Shown in pieces: positions 1 to 8,404 of a stretch of DNA of 27,338 nt. The notes under the pieces were generated by a model. The model worked only from the letters and a program-made list of their open reading frames with translations. It ran no database searches and had not been told where the DNA came from. Within the stretch, counting starts at the first letter, position 1. Every line of letters begins with the position of its first letter. Source of the stretch: a virus (Duplodnaviria > Heunggongvirae > Uroviricota > Caudoviricetes); the IMG/VR virus record IMGVR_UViG_2585427755_000009. One strand, given 5' to 3'. A program made the position numbers and the translations under genes.

Positions 1-1053
1 TTACGGGGTAATGCCAACCGCTGCCGCCACTTTGTCGCCACTTGGCAGCGTTGCCAGAGGATTGAAACGGAGCGCCGTTTCCAGATGATCCGGTGCCAGA
101 TGTGCGTAACGCATAGTCATTTTTATATCGTGGTGTCCGAGAATTTTTTGTAAGGCCAGAATGTTTCCACCCGACATCATGAAGTGCGCCGCAAACGTAT
201 GGCGCAGAACGTGTGTGAGTTGACCGCGAGGGAGCACGATAGACGTTTTTTCCATCACGGATAAAAATTGAAAATAGCAGTCTGTGAAGAAATTGAACCC
301 ATCAAGCGCCATGATCTCTTCGTAAAGCTCTTTACTGATAGGGATGCTTCTGTTTTTCTTCCCCTTCGTTCTGACAAAGGTAATTCGGTATTTGGTCACC
401 TGTGAGCGGGTAAGATTTACGGCTTCACGCCAGCGTGCGCCTGTGCTTAAGCATATCTTAACTACCAGTGCCAGAATTGGGTCCTGACGTTTGCAATCAG
501 CCAGCAATTCAACAATCTGCTCATGGGTAAGCCATGCCATCTCTTTTTCTGCGATGGTGAATTTTCGCATGTTCTCCAGTGGGTTCGGATACGACCATTC
601 GCCCAGACGGGATAGTTCGCTAAAAACACTACTTAGATAGCTTTGCTCCAGGTTAATGGTGACCGGGCTTGCTCCTTTCTTCCATTTCTCGCTGAAGTAG
701 ATCTCGCCTGTCAGGCGTTTATCTCGATAGTGGGCAAACATTTTAGAGGTGAGATCGGTTGCAAGAGGATTGCCCAGAGCGTCAACCATCAACAGCAATT
801 TGTCATAGACATGCTGCCCAGCTGTCAGAGATTTACCATGTAGTTTGAACCATAGCTCAACCACGTCTTTCAGTGTTCGACGATCCACTGATTCACCCAG
901 CCAGGGCTTTGCTTCGGTTTCTTCCATCGTGTGGCGCTCAAAAGCCAGTGCTTCGCCTTTGGTGACGAATTGTTTACGCACACGACGCCCACTTCGTCCG
1001 GCGGGGTAACATTCGCAAAGCCATTTCCCAGTGGTGAGTTTTCGTACTGCCAT
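1..1053 (-). CDS. int: Tyrosine site-specific integrase (P2/186 Int family)
   Basis: ORF terminates at TAA (rc of window pos 1-3). C-terminal catalytic region typical of tyrosine recombinases (LTHVLRHTFAAHF...HHDIKMTMRYAHL). Start placed at ATG 1051-1053, preceded by GGAGGG with 7-nt spacer; N-terminus MAVRKL... resembles my recollection of 186 Int. The longer in-frame ORF to 1209 has no RBS. Confidence 0.9.
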   Translation of the reverse strand: MAVRKLTTGKWLCECYPAGRSGRRVRKQFVTKGEALAFERHTMEETEAKPWLGESVDRRTLKDVVELWFKLHGKSLTAGQHVYDKLLLMVDALGNPLATDLTSKMFAHYRDKRLTGEIYFSEKWKKGASPVTINLEQSYLSSVFSELSRLGEWSYPNPLENMRKFTIAEKEMAWLTHEQIVELLADCKRQDPILALVVKICLSTGARWREAVNLTRSQVTKYRITFVRTKGKKNRSIPISKELYEEIMALDGFNFFTDCYFQFLSVMEKTSIVLPRGQLTHVLRHTFAAHFMMSGGNILALQKILGHHDIKMTMRYAHLAPDHLETALRFNPLATLPSGDKVAAAVGITP

Positions 1054-1241
1054 AAAAAATGCCCTCCAGTAGAGAGCATTTTCACTGTATGTATAACCAG
1101 TGTCAATGTATGAAATCCTACGACCATACATCTCACTGAAGCCATAATTAAGTTGGCTATTCTTTTTGCTATGTGAGCATGTAACTTTTGCGGTTAACCT
1201 GCGGCTCATTTTTATTTTAGACGCAGATATAAAAGCAAAAG

Positions 1242-1433
1242 TTATCGTGAGTTTTTAGTACAGATTTTTTTGGATTTACTAATAGTTCCATCATTGCAAA
1301 CGAATTTGCCATCTGAGGTACAGTGAGAAACACCTCCCTTTTTCCCTGAGCAGGGATAATTTCTAGCATAGGTAGTTAGTGGGTTTAATAACAAAGAACA
1401 TGACAAAACCACAAAAAATACCTTACCAAGCAT
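1242..1433 (-). CDS. Small secreted Cys-rich protein (predicted signal peptide, about 40-aa mature peptide); hypothetical moron
   Basis: 63-aa ORF in an AT-rich segment between int and cI. Hydrophobic N-terminus [23 protein letters not shown] then a probable signal-peptidase site; mature part has 5 Cys and many Lys/Gly. No family recognised. Confidence 0.45.
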   Translation of the reverse strand: MLGKVFFVVLSCSLLLNPLTTYARNYPCSGKKGGVSHCTSDGKFVCNDGTISKSKKICTKNSR

Positions 1434-1448
1434 AGTTTCCTCCCGGTA

Positions 1449-2018
1449 CTATTTAACATACTTGACTGTTAAACTTATAATTTTACCAATTATTTCAATG
1501 TCTTCTATCTTGCATTCGAAGGCTCTGTTTCCACCCTCGACGAAGATTCTTCCACCGGGTAAACGAGTAATGTCACGGATCGTTATTTCGCCATCAATAC
1601 TTATTACCCATTTACCATCACGTATATCATCAAATTCTTTATCACAAATAAATTCAGAATTGTTATCTGTGATGACAAAAGGTTTTTTAAACGTAGAGGG
1701 TAGAAATCCCTTATCAAAAATATAAAAACCGTCTTTCTGCAATGCTCCATCAGACAATAAATATTTTTCTACTTCTATAGTATTTGTATTTGCTGATGCT
1801 TGCTTTGAACCATGCCCTGTTGTTAGCCAATTAAGCGAGGTGCCCGTTTCAAGGGCGCACTGGATTACCCAATCTGCTGGAAAAATATCACGCATATAGC
1901 GCGTTGCCATGGTGCTCTTAGAAACACCTAAATGATCACATAGAGCCTGACGGGTACCGAACCCATATGCTTCAACTAAACGTTCTATGGCTTTCTTACC
2001 GCCGCTATTGAAATCCAC
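1449..2018 (-). CDS. cI: Immunity repressor CI (phage 186 CI-like, N-terminal HTH)
   Basis: Segment ERLVEAYGFGTRQALCDHLGVSKSTMATRYMRD...CALETGTSLNWLTTGHG matches my recollection of 186 CI (DRICEAYGF...CALETGANLQWLLTGEG). Start chosen at GTG 2016-2018 with GGAGG 4 nt upstream, giving 190 aa (186 CI is about 192 aa). The ORF track start at 2105 is also GTG, without an RBS. Confidence 0.8.
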   Translation of the reverse strand: MDFNSGGKKAIERLVEAYGFGTRQALCDHLGVSKSTMATRYMRDIFPADWVIQCALETGTSLNWLTTGHGSKQASANTNTIEVEKYLLSDGALQKDGFYIFDKGFLPSTFKKPFVITDNNSEFICDKEFDDIRDGKWVISIDGEITIRDITRLPGGRIFVEGGNRAFECKIEDIEIIGKIISLTVKYVK

Positions 2019-2163
2019 AAGTCCTCCAAAGAAATCCAAAATTCGTTGACAGATTCCAAAAGCGATCTTAAAGTTGAACCAGAAGTGTTCTTTTGGAGCC
2101 TTCACTACTAATCACGACAAACAACGGCTCGCCACAAGCCATATCTAGAAGGAATGTTGCCTT
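2019..2163. promoter_or_regulatory. Lysis-lysogeny switch region between divergent cI and apl (expected pR/pL promoters and CI/Apl operators)
   Basis: Intergenic position between the divergently transcribed repressor and apl/cII operon. Assignment is by synteny with the 186 switch; individual -10/-35 elements and operators were not resolved. Confidence 0.4.
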
Positions 2164-2367
2164 ATGACACCTAACATTTCAATTACTCTGAATACACCAC
2201 ATGTCACAATCGAACGTTATAGCGAACTGACTGGCCTTTCTATTGATACGATTAACGACATGTTGGCTGATGGCCGACTACCTCGTCATCGTCTTCGTAA
2301 AGACAAAAAACGTGAAAAGGTAATGATTAACCTGGCTGCTCTGACTGTTGATGCTTTGTCTGCTTAA
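2164..2367 (+). CDS. apl: Apl/Cox-type excisionase and switch regulator
   Basis: 67-aa basic protein ([15 protein letters not shown]) with a predicted HTH, first gene of the rightward early operon opposite cI, as for 186 apl / P2 cox. Confidence 0.7.
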   Translation: MTPNISITLNTPHVTIERYSELTGLSIDTINDMLADGRLPRHRLRKDKKREKVMINLAALTVDALSA

Positions 2368-2431
2368 TAGACGTCTATTTTCGCAATAAGACGCTGAGTT
2401 CGATTTTGCGATAAGTTCGGAGTTGAAAACC

Positions 2432-2941
2432 ATGTTTGATTACCAAGTTTCCAAACATCCACATTTTGATGAAGCCTGTCGTGCATTCGCACTGCGCCAC
2501 AATCTGGTGCAACTGGCAGAACGTGCGGGCATGAATGTGCAGATTCTGCGGAACAAGCTGAACCCAGCTCAACCTCATTTATTAACCGCACCAGAAATCT
2601 GGCTGCTTACCGATCTGACTGAAGATTCAACGTTGGTAGATGGTTTTCTGGCACAGATTCATTGTCTGCCATGTGTACCGATTAATGAGGTAGCAAAAGA
2701 GAAACTGCCGCATTACGTCATGAGCGCAACTGCAGAGATCGGGCGTGTTGCAGCAGGTGCGGTATCTGGTGATGTAAAAACTAGTGCCGGTCGTCGTGAT
2801 GCTATCAGCAGCATTAACTCTGTAACACGACTGATGGCGCTGGCTGCTGTTTCATTGCAGGCCCGTTTACAGGCTAATCCTGCGATGGCGAGTGCAGTTG
2901 ATACCGTGACTGGCCTCGGTGCTTCATTCGGTTTGCTGTGA
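2432..2941 (+). CDS. cII: CII-like lysogeny-establishment transcriptional activator (186 CII family)
   Basis: Start at ATG 2432 with GGAG 9 nt upstream gives 169 aa, the length of 186 CII. Lies immediately downstream of apl as in 186. Confidence 0.75.
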   Translation: MFDYQVSKHPHFDEACRAFALRHNLVQLAERAGMNVQILRNKLNPAQPHLLTAPEIWLLTDLTEDSTLVDGFLAQIHCLPCVPINEVAKEKLPHYVMSATAEIGRVAAGAVSGDVKTSAGRRDAISSINSVTRLMALAAVSLQARLQANPAMASAVDTVTGLGASFGLL

Positions 2942-2948
2942 GGTGCTT

Positions 2949-3245
2949 ATGCTGACGAAAGAACCATCATTTGCATCGCTGCTGGTAAAACAAAGCCCGG
3001 CAATGCACTACGGTCACGGCTGGATCACGGGTGAGGATGGAAAACGCTGGCATCCATGTCATTCACAAGATGAATTGCTGTCTGAATTGACCACGAGGAA
3101 ACGGAGAAAGTCCAAATGTATGCGGCAGAAAGTGAAGTGGTTTATCAGTTTCGTTACAGAGGGGAGAGTTATTCAGTACCTGAAGATGATTTGCTCTGTT
3201 GCTATCCGTCATTGTCGGGCGATGGCAGTTACTTTTTCACGTTAA
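2949..3245 (+). CDS. Hypothetical early protein (3' extent uncertain)
   Basis: ATG 2949 with GAGGTG RBS overlapping the cII stop. The N-terminal 55 aa look protein-like; the 3' third overlaps the next ORF in another frame and looks low-complexity. Confidence 0.35.
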   Translation: MLTKEPSFASLLVKQSPAMHYGHGWITGEDGKRWHPCHSQDELLSELTTRKRRKSKCMRQKVKWFISFVTEGRVIQYLKMICSVAIRHCRAMAVTFSR

Positions 3246-3340
3246 AGGATGGGACGTTTTTACGGGGAGAGCAGGTTAAAGAGACGATACGAAAAAATGT
3301 ATCTCCTCTTGAGCGTTACCGTAAGAACAAAGAACGATAG
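3116..3340 (+). CDS. Hypothetical early protein
   Basis: 74-aa ORF; ATG 3116 preceded by GGAGAAAG. Composition looks like a real small acidic protein (MYAAESEVVYQFRYRGESYSVPEDD...). Confidence 0.5.
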   Translation: MYAAESEVVYQFRYRGESYSVPEDDLLCCYPSLSGDGSYFFTLKDGTFLRGEQVKETIRKNVSPLERYRKNKER

Positions 3341-3362
3341 CTGCGTTTGGGGGATATGAAGT

Positions 3363-3704
3363 ATGGCAATTAATGGCGCTGCAGCAACTGTTCCATTAAG
3401 CCCCGGTGAACGCCTGAATGGACTTAATCACATTGCAGAGTTAAGGGCGAAAGTTTTTGGCCTGAATATTGAGTCAGAGCTTGAGCGGTTTATTAAAGAT
3501 ATGCGTGATCCACGGGATGTTAATTATGAACGAAATAAACGAGCACTGGCTGCTATATTCTTTATAGCAAAAATTCCAGCTGAACGTCATAGCATCAGCA
3601 TTAATGAGCTGACCACTGACGAAAAGCGGGAGTTGATTAAAGTAATGAATCATCTTCGTGCAGTGGTGAGCTTATTTCCCAGACGGCTAGCCATGCCGAA
3701 TTAA
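3363..3704 (+). CDS. Hypothetical early protein
   Basis: 113-aa ORF; ATG 3363 with GGGGGA RBS 8 nt upstream; within the early rightward operon. Confidence 0.65.
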   Translation: MAINGAAATVPLSPGERLNGLNHIAELRAKVFGLNIESELERFIKDMRDPRDVNYERNKRALAAIFFIAKIPAERHSISINELTTDEKRELIKVMNHLRAVVSLFPRRLAMPN

Positions 3705-3771
3705 CCAATTAATGAAATTCATGGCGTAAACCCGCCGGGCATTCCTTTATCTAAATTCAGGAGAATTGATT

Positions 3772-4005
3772 ATGCGTAATATTGAAACCCTCTCGACTAA
3801 AACCGGACCGGATGACGCAGGACTTAATATTTTACTGACAGAGGCTCGTCTGGAAGAACGTCGGGCAAGCGCTGAAGCAATGGCAGCTCGCCTTGATAGC
3901 CTTGCGTGCCATATCACATCCCGCCAGCTAAACCACGTTGAAGCGGCTGAACTGCTGCGTGTGGCAGCTGAAGCAATCCAGAACGAAGCGCAGGAGATCC
4001 ACTAA
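3772..4005 (+). CDS. Hypothetical early protein
   Basis: ATG 3772 preceded by AGGAG (8-nt spacer); the track start at 3766 is TTG. Its stop overlaps the start of the next gene (TAATG). Confidence 0.6.
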   Translation: MRNIETLSTKTGPDDAGLNILLTEARLEERRASAEAMAARLDSLACHITSRQLNHVEAAELLRVAAEAIQNEAQEIH

Positions 4006-4232
4006 TGGCTGATGCAATGGATCTCGTACAGCAGCGCGTTGAAGAAGAACGCCAGCGTCATATCCGTGCTGCCCGTGCCAAAACGCCGGGCGTGTCCCGC
4101 GTGCTTTGCATTGAGTGTGAAGCGCCAATTCCGCCAGCACGCCGCCGTGCCATTCCGGGTGTGCAGCTTTGCATTACCTGTCAGGAAATCGCAGAGCTGA
4201 AAGGCAAACATTACAACGGAGGTGCTGTATGA
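4005..4232 (+). CDS. TraR/DksA-family C4 zinc-finger protein
   Basis: 75 aa with CxxC-(17)-CxxC (CIECEAPIPPARRRAIPGVQLCITCQ), the usual phage TraR/DksA-like arrangement; translationally coupled on both sides. Confidence 0.7.
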   Translation: MADAMDLVQQRVEEERQRHIRAARAKTPGVSRVLCIECEAPIPPARRRAIPGVQLCITCQEIAELKGKHYNGGAV

Positions 4233-5086
4233 GCACCATCCTGAAATGGGCGGGAAATAAAACCGCCATTATGTCCGAACTGAAAAAGCATCTTCCTGCT
4301 GGCCCGCGACTGGTTGAACCTTTCGCGGGTTCCTGTGCAGTGATGATGGAGACGGAGTACCCCAGCTATCTTGTTGCGGATATTAATCCTGATTTAATCA
4401 ACCTCTATAAAAAGGTTGCTGCTGATTGTGAATCGTTTATATCTCGCGCCAGAGTTTTATTTGAGATCGCAAACAGGGGGGTGGCTTATTACAACATAAG
4501 GCAGGAGTTTAATTACTCAACTGAAATTACTGATTTCATGAAAGCGGTATATTTCCTGTATCTCAATCGTCACGGTTACCGTGGTTTATGTCGCTATAAC
4601 AAGAGCGGGCATTTCAACATTCCCTACGGTAATTATAAAAATCCGTATTTCCCTGAAAAAGAAATTCGCGCATTTGCAGAAAAAGCCCAGCGAGCAACGT
4701 TTATCTGCGCCAGCTTTGATGAAACGCTGGCGATGTTGAAGGCGGGGGATGTGGTGTATTGCGATCCGCCGTATGACGGTACGTTTTCCGGCTATCACAC
4801 TGATGGTTTCACTGAAGATGACCAGTATCACCTGGCATCCGTTCTTGAACATCGGTCATCAGAAGGACATCCGGTCATTGTTTCTAACAGTGATACATCC
4901 CTGATCCGTTCGCTGTATCGCAATTTTACTCACCACTATATCAAGGTAAAACGCAGCATCGGTGTGGCAGCTGGCGAGGGTAAATCAGCAACAGAAATCA
5001 TTGCTGTTTCCGGGCCGCGCTGCTGGGTGGGATTTGATTATTCGCGTGGCGTGGATAGTTCTGCCGTGTACGGAGTACGTGCATGA
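4229..5086 (+). CDS. dam: DNA adenine-N6 methyltransferase (Dam family, GATC-type)
   Basis: Catalytic DPPY motif ([10 protein letters not shown]) and N-terminal AdoMet-binding region (LKWAGNK...EPFAGSCAV). Start ATG 4229 overlaps the previous stop (ATGA). Confidence 0.85.
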   Translation: MSTILKWAGNKTAIMSELKKHLPAGPRLVEPFAGSCAVMMETEYPSYLVADINPDLINLYKKVAADCESFISRARVLFEIANRGVAYYNIRQEFNYSTEITDFMKAVYFLYLNRHGYRGLCRYNKSGHFNIPYGNYKNPYFPEKEIRAFAEKAQRATFICASFDETLAMLKAGDVVYCDPPYDGTFSGYHTDGFTEDDQYHLASVLEHRSSEGHPVIVSNSDTSLIRSLYRNFTHHYIKVKRSIGVAAGEGKSATEIIAVSGPRCWVGFDYSRGVDSSAVYGVRA

Positions 5087-7497
5087 GCCATGCCGATATG
5101 AACAACTGCTGCGGCTTTAACGAGGCTGCCGCAGCGTTCTCATGGAACAGCCCGAAAAAGGCCATTAACCCTTATCTGGACCCGGCGGAAGTTGCGCCGG
5201 TTTCTGCGCTTTCAAACCTGATCGCTCTGTACGCTGCCGATAACGAACAGGAACACCTGCGCCGCGAGGCACTGAGTGATCAGGTCTGGGAGCGTTATTT
5301 CTTTAATGAATCCCGTGATCCTGTCCAGCGCGAAATGGAGCAGGATAAGCTCATTAGTCGGGCAAAGCTGGCGCATGAGCAGCAGCGTTTTAATCCAGAT
5401 ATGGTCATTCTGGCGGACGTCAATGCCCAGCCTTCCCATATCAGCAAGCCGCTGATGCAACGTATTGAATACTTCAGCAGCCTGGGCAGGCCAAAGGCTT
5501 ATTCCCGCTATTTGCGTGAGACGATTAAGCCATGTTTGGAGCGACTGGAGCATGTACGCGACAGCCAGCTATCTGCATCTTTTCGTTTTATGGCAAGCCA
5601 TGTAGGGCTGGACGGCCTGCTGATTCTGCCTGAAATGAGTCAGGATCAGGTGAAACGCCTGTCTACTCTTGTCGCTGCGCATATGAGCATGTGTCTTGAT
5701 GCCGCTTGTGGTGATTTGTACGCCACCGATGATGTTAAGCCAGAAGAAATCCGCAAGACATGGGAAAAGGTGGCAGCAGAAACCCTGCGACTGGATGTTA
5801 TCCCGCCTGCGTTTGAGCAACTTCGTCGGAAAAGAAACCGCCGTAAACCCGTGCCCTATGAACTCATTCCGGGTTCGCTGGCGCGTATGTTGTGCGCCGA
5901 TTGGTGGTACCGGAAATTATGGAAGATGCGTTGCGAATGGCGGGAAGAGCAGTTGCGTGCTGTTTGCCTGGTCAGCAAAAAAGCATCTCCCTATGTCAGC
6001 TATGAAGCCGTGATGCATAAACGTGAGCAGCGCCGTAAGTCGCTGGAGTTTTTCCGTTCTCATGAACTGGTGAACGAAGACGGCGACACGCTGGACATGG
6101 AGGATGTGGTAAACGCCAGCAGCAGCAACCCGGCGCATCGCCGCAATGAGATGATGGCCTGTGTTAAAGGTCTGGAGCTTATCGTAGAAATGCGCAGTGA
6201 CTGTGCCGTTTTCTACACTATCACCTGTCCGTCGCGTTTCCATTCCACGCTCAATAACGGCAGACCAAACCCGACCTGGACAAACGCGACGGTAAGACAA
6301 AGCAGCGATTATCTGGTCGGCATGTTTGCTGCATTTCGTAAGGCTATGCACAAAGCCGGGTTGCGCTGGTATGGCGTGCGGGTGGCTGAACCGCATCATG
6401 ACGGCACAGTTCACTGGCACCTGTTGTGTTTCATGCGCAAAAAAGACCGCCGCGCCATTACTGCATTGTTGCGTAAGTTTGCCATCCGTGAAGACCGCGA
6501 GGAGCTGGGCAATAACACGGGGCCACGCTTTAAGTCTGAGCTGATAAACCCGCGCAAAGGTACGCCAACAAGCTACATCGCGAAATACATCAGTAAGAAC
6601 ATTGACGGGCGTGGTCTGGCTGGCGAGATCAGCAAGGAAACGGGTAAATCCCTGCGTGATAACGCTGAATACGTTAATGCCTGGGCGTCTCTGCATCGTG
6701 TTCAGCAATTCCGCTTCTTTGGTATTCCGGGGCGTCAGGCTTACCGTGAACTTCGCTTGCTGGCTGGTCAGGCGGCAAGGCAACAGGGTGACAAAAAAGC
6801 AGGTGCGCCGGTACTGGATAACCCGCGTCTTGATGCCATTCTGGCTGCTGCTGATGCTGGTTGTTTTGCCACCTACATCGTGAAGCAGGGCGGCGTACTG
6901 GTTCCCCGTAAATATCACCTCATCAGAACCGCTTATGAAATCAACGAAGAGCCGACCGCCTATGGCGATCACGGCATTCGTATTTATGGCATCTGGTCAC
7001 CCATTGCAGAGGGCAAGATCTGCACTCATGCAGTGAAGTGGAAAATGGTTCGTAAAGCCGTTGACGTTCAGGAGGCGGCAGCCGACCAGGGCGCTTGCGC
7101 CCCTTGGACTCGTGGCAATAACTGTCCCCTTGCTGAAAATTTGAACCAACAGGAGAAAGATAAATCAGCTGATGGGGACACCAGAACGGATATTACCCGC
7201 ATGGATGACAAGGAGTTGCACGATTACCTGCACAGTATGAACAAAAAAGAGCGCCGGGAACTGGCTGCAAGGTTACGTCTGGTGAAACCGAAACGGCGTA
7301 GAGACTACAAACAGCGAATTACAGACCATCAACGACAGCAGCTCGTCTATGAACTGAAGTCCAGAGGATTTGATGGCAGCGAGAAAGAGGTCGATTTACT
7401 CCTTCGCGGCGGCAGTATTCCATCAGGAGCAGGCTTGCGTATCTTCTATCGGAACCAGCGTCTGAAGGAAGATGATAAGTGGCGGAACCTGTATTAA
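5083..7497 (+). CDS. repA: Replication initiation endonuclease (P2 gpA / 186 RepA rolling-circle family)
   Basis: 804-aa protein after dam (ATGA overlap); contains the HUH-type motif [11 protein letters not shown] and the downstream YIAKYISK tyrosine region typical of P2 A protein. Confidence 0.9.
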   Translation: MSHADMNNCCGFNEAAAAFSWNSPKKAINPYLDPAEVAPVSALSNLIALYAADNEQEHLRREALSDQVWERYFFNESRDPVQREMEQDKLISRAKLAHEQQRFNPDMVILADVNAQPSHISKPLMQRIEYFSSLGRPKAYSRYLRETIKPCLERLEHVRDSQLSASFRFMASHVGLDGLLILPEMSQDQVKRLSTLVAAHMSMCLDAACGDLYATDDVKPEEIRKTWEKVAAETLRLDVIPPAFEQLRRKRNRRKPVPYELIPGSLARMLCADWWYRKLWKMRCEWREEQLRAVCLVSKKASPYVSYEAVMHKREQRRKSLEFFRSHELVNEDGDTLDMEDVVNASSSNPAHRRNEMMACVKGLELIVEMRSDCAVFYTITCPSRFHSTLNNGRPNPTWTNATVRQSSDYLVGMFAAFRKAMHKAGLRWYGVRVAEPHHDGTVHWHLLCFMRKKDRRAITALLRKFAIREDREELGNNTGPRFKSELINPRKGTPTSYIAKYISKNIDGRGLAGEISKETGKSLRDNAEYVNAWASLHRVQQFRFFGIPGRQAYRELRLLAGQAARQQGDKKAGAPVLDNPRLDAILAAADAGCFATYIVKQGGVLVPRKYHLIRTAYEINEEPTAYGDHGIRIYGIWSPIAEGKICTHAVKWKMVRKAVDVQEAAADQGACAPWTRGNNCPLAENLNQQEKDKSADGDTRTDITRMDDKELHDYLHSMNKKERRELAARLRLVKPKRRRDYKQRITDHQRQQLVYELKSRGFDGSEKEVDLLLRGGSIPSGAGLRIFYRNQRLKEDDKWRNLY

Positions 7498-7589
7498 TTA
7501 CGCGGGTTAACAATTCGTGCTCTTAATAATACCAGGAATATCAGGCCGATGAACGTAAAAAAACGTTTTACATCAGTAAGATTATTATA

Positions 7590-7609
7590 TACTGTAAATA
7601 TAAACAGTG
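7590..7609 (+). promoter_or_regulatory. LexA (SOS) box overlapping the promoter of the tum/dinI-like operon
   Basis: TACTGTAAATATAAACAGTG contains CTGT-N8-ACAG (7592-7607) with an AT-rich centre, about 45 bp upstream of the AGGAGG RBS and ATG 7650. Confidence 0.6.
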
Positions 7610-7649
7610 GTTATGTATACAGTATTGCTTTGGTGTCATAGGAGGAAAG

Positions 7650-7838
7650 ATGCAGGACTATTTTTTGGAGTCTTTGAAGCTCCAGCGCATTGATTTTTTT
7701 CTTAAGCTTGTAGCGGCTAGTGAGTGTAGTGATGAAGAGAAGGGGCTGGCTCTGCAGTGGGTTTCTGAATTAACTGATGAACTCATGGCAAAAATCAGAA
7801 CCCACGAATACAACCGCTCAATGGATGTCATCAGTTGA
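7650..7838 (+). CDS. Small SOS-induced protein, candidate Tum-like antirepressor
   Basis: 62-aa ORF with strong RBS (AGGAGG) immediately downstream of the LexA box. Position matches 186 tum; the sequence itself was not recognised. Confidence 0.5.
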   Translation: MQDYFLESLKLQRIDFFLKLVAASECSDEEKGLALQWVSELTDELMAKIRTHEYNRSMDVIS

Positions 7839-7849
7839 GGTGACTTTTT

Positions 7850-8083
7850 ATGCGCATTGAAATAATGATCGATAAAGAGCAGAAGATTAGCCAGTCTACC
7901 CTGGACGCCCTTGAATACGAGCTTTACCGCAATCTGCGCCCCCTGTATCCAAAAACGGTAATTCGCATCCGCAAAGGTAGCTCTAACGGTGTGGAACTGA
8001 CCGGACTGCAACTGGACGAAGAAAGGAAGCAAGTGATGAAAATTATGCAGAAAGTGTGGGAAGACGACAGCTGGCTGCATTAA
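7850..8083 (+). CDS. DinI-family protein
   Basis: MRIEIMIDKE...DALEYELYRNL...KIMQKVWEDDSWLH aligns by eye with E. coli DinI (MRIEVTIAKT...DALAGELSRRI...EILQETWESADDWF). RBS GAGGTGA; second gene of the LexA-box operon. Confidence 0.8.
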   Translation: MRIEIMIDKEQKISQSTLDALEYELYRNLRPLYPKTVIRIRKGSSNGVELTGLQLDEERKQVMKIMQKVWEDDSWLH

Positions 8084-8268
8084 GAAACGTTGCCCCTAGG
8101 AGGATTCATTCTAATGGGGGCTAGTTTGGGCAACGAGTGAAATAAGGCGTAAGGTGGGCGGTCATTTTTATAAGTGATCGTCCGCTTTGTGCCAGAAGCG
8201 AACGTTTCTTCTGCTATCTTTCGTCAATTAGCGAATGGCAGACTAATTTGCAACGGATAATCTGAATT

Positions 8269-8295
8269 TTGTTAGATTATGGGTATTCCTATAAT
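8269..8295 (+). promoter_or_regulatory. Putative sigma70 promoter for the KAP NTPase cargo gene
   Basis: TTGTTA (8269-8274), 15-bp spacer, consensus TATAAT (8290-8295), in the AT-rich leader upstream of the KAP gene. Confidence 0.3.
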
Positions 8296-8404
8296 ATTTA
8301 CCAATAATAACCTTACAATGTACACTACCGATTGAGTTTTCCATAGTTGGCCTTTGGCTCTACTTACCATCTATGTTTATGTATTTTATCAAAATGGACT
8401 AAAA

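Noticed and set aside
1054-1209. N-terminal extension of the integrase ORF (track start at 1209, 402 aa)
   Set aside because: A strong GGAGGG RBS precedes the internal ATG at 1053, and the resulting 350-aa protein matches the usual P2/186 Int length and N-terminus; the upstream extension has no RBS.
2019-2105. Longer CI repressor start at 2105 (218 aa)
   Set aside because: It is a GTG with no RBS and adds about 29 residues not present in 186 CI; GTG 2018 has a GGAGG RBS and gives the expected length. Kept as an alternative, not excluded with certainty.
4169-4228. Upstream start for the Dam ORF at 4169
   Set aside because: It would overlap the zinc-finger gene in another frame; ATG 4229 gives the typical ATGA coupling and a normal Dam N-terminus.
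5917-6972. 351-aa antisense ORF inside repA
   Set aside because: It lies entirely within the conserved replication endonuclease gene on the opposite strand; a long open antisense frame is common in GC-rich coding DNA.
8084-8130. Possible rho-independent terminator after the dinI-like gene (GCCCC...GGGGC)
   Set aside because: The stem is imperfect with a long loop and no downstream T-run; not convincing.
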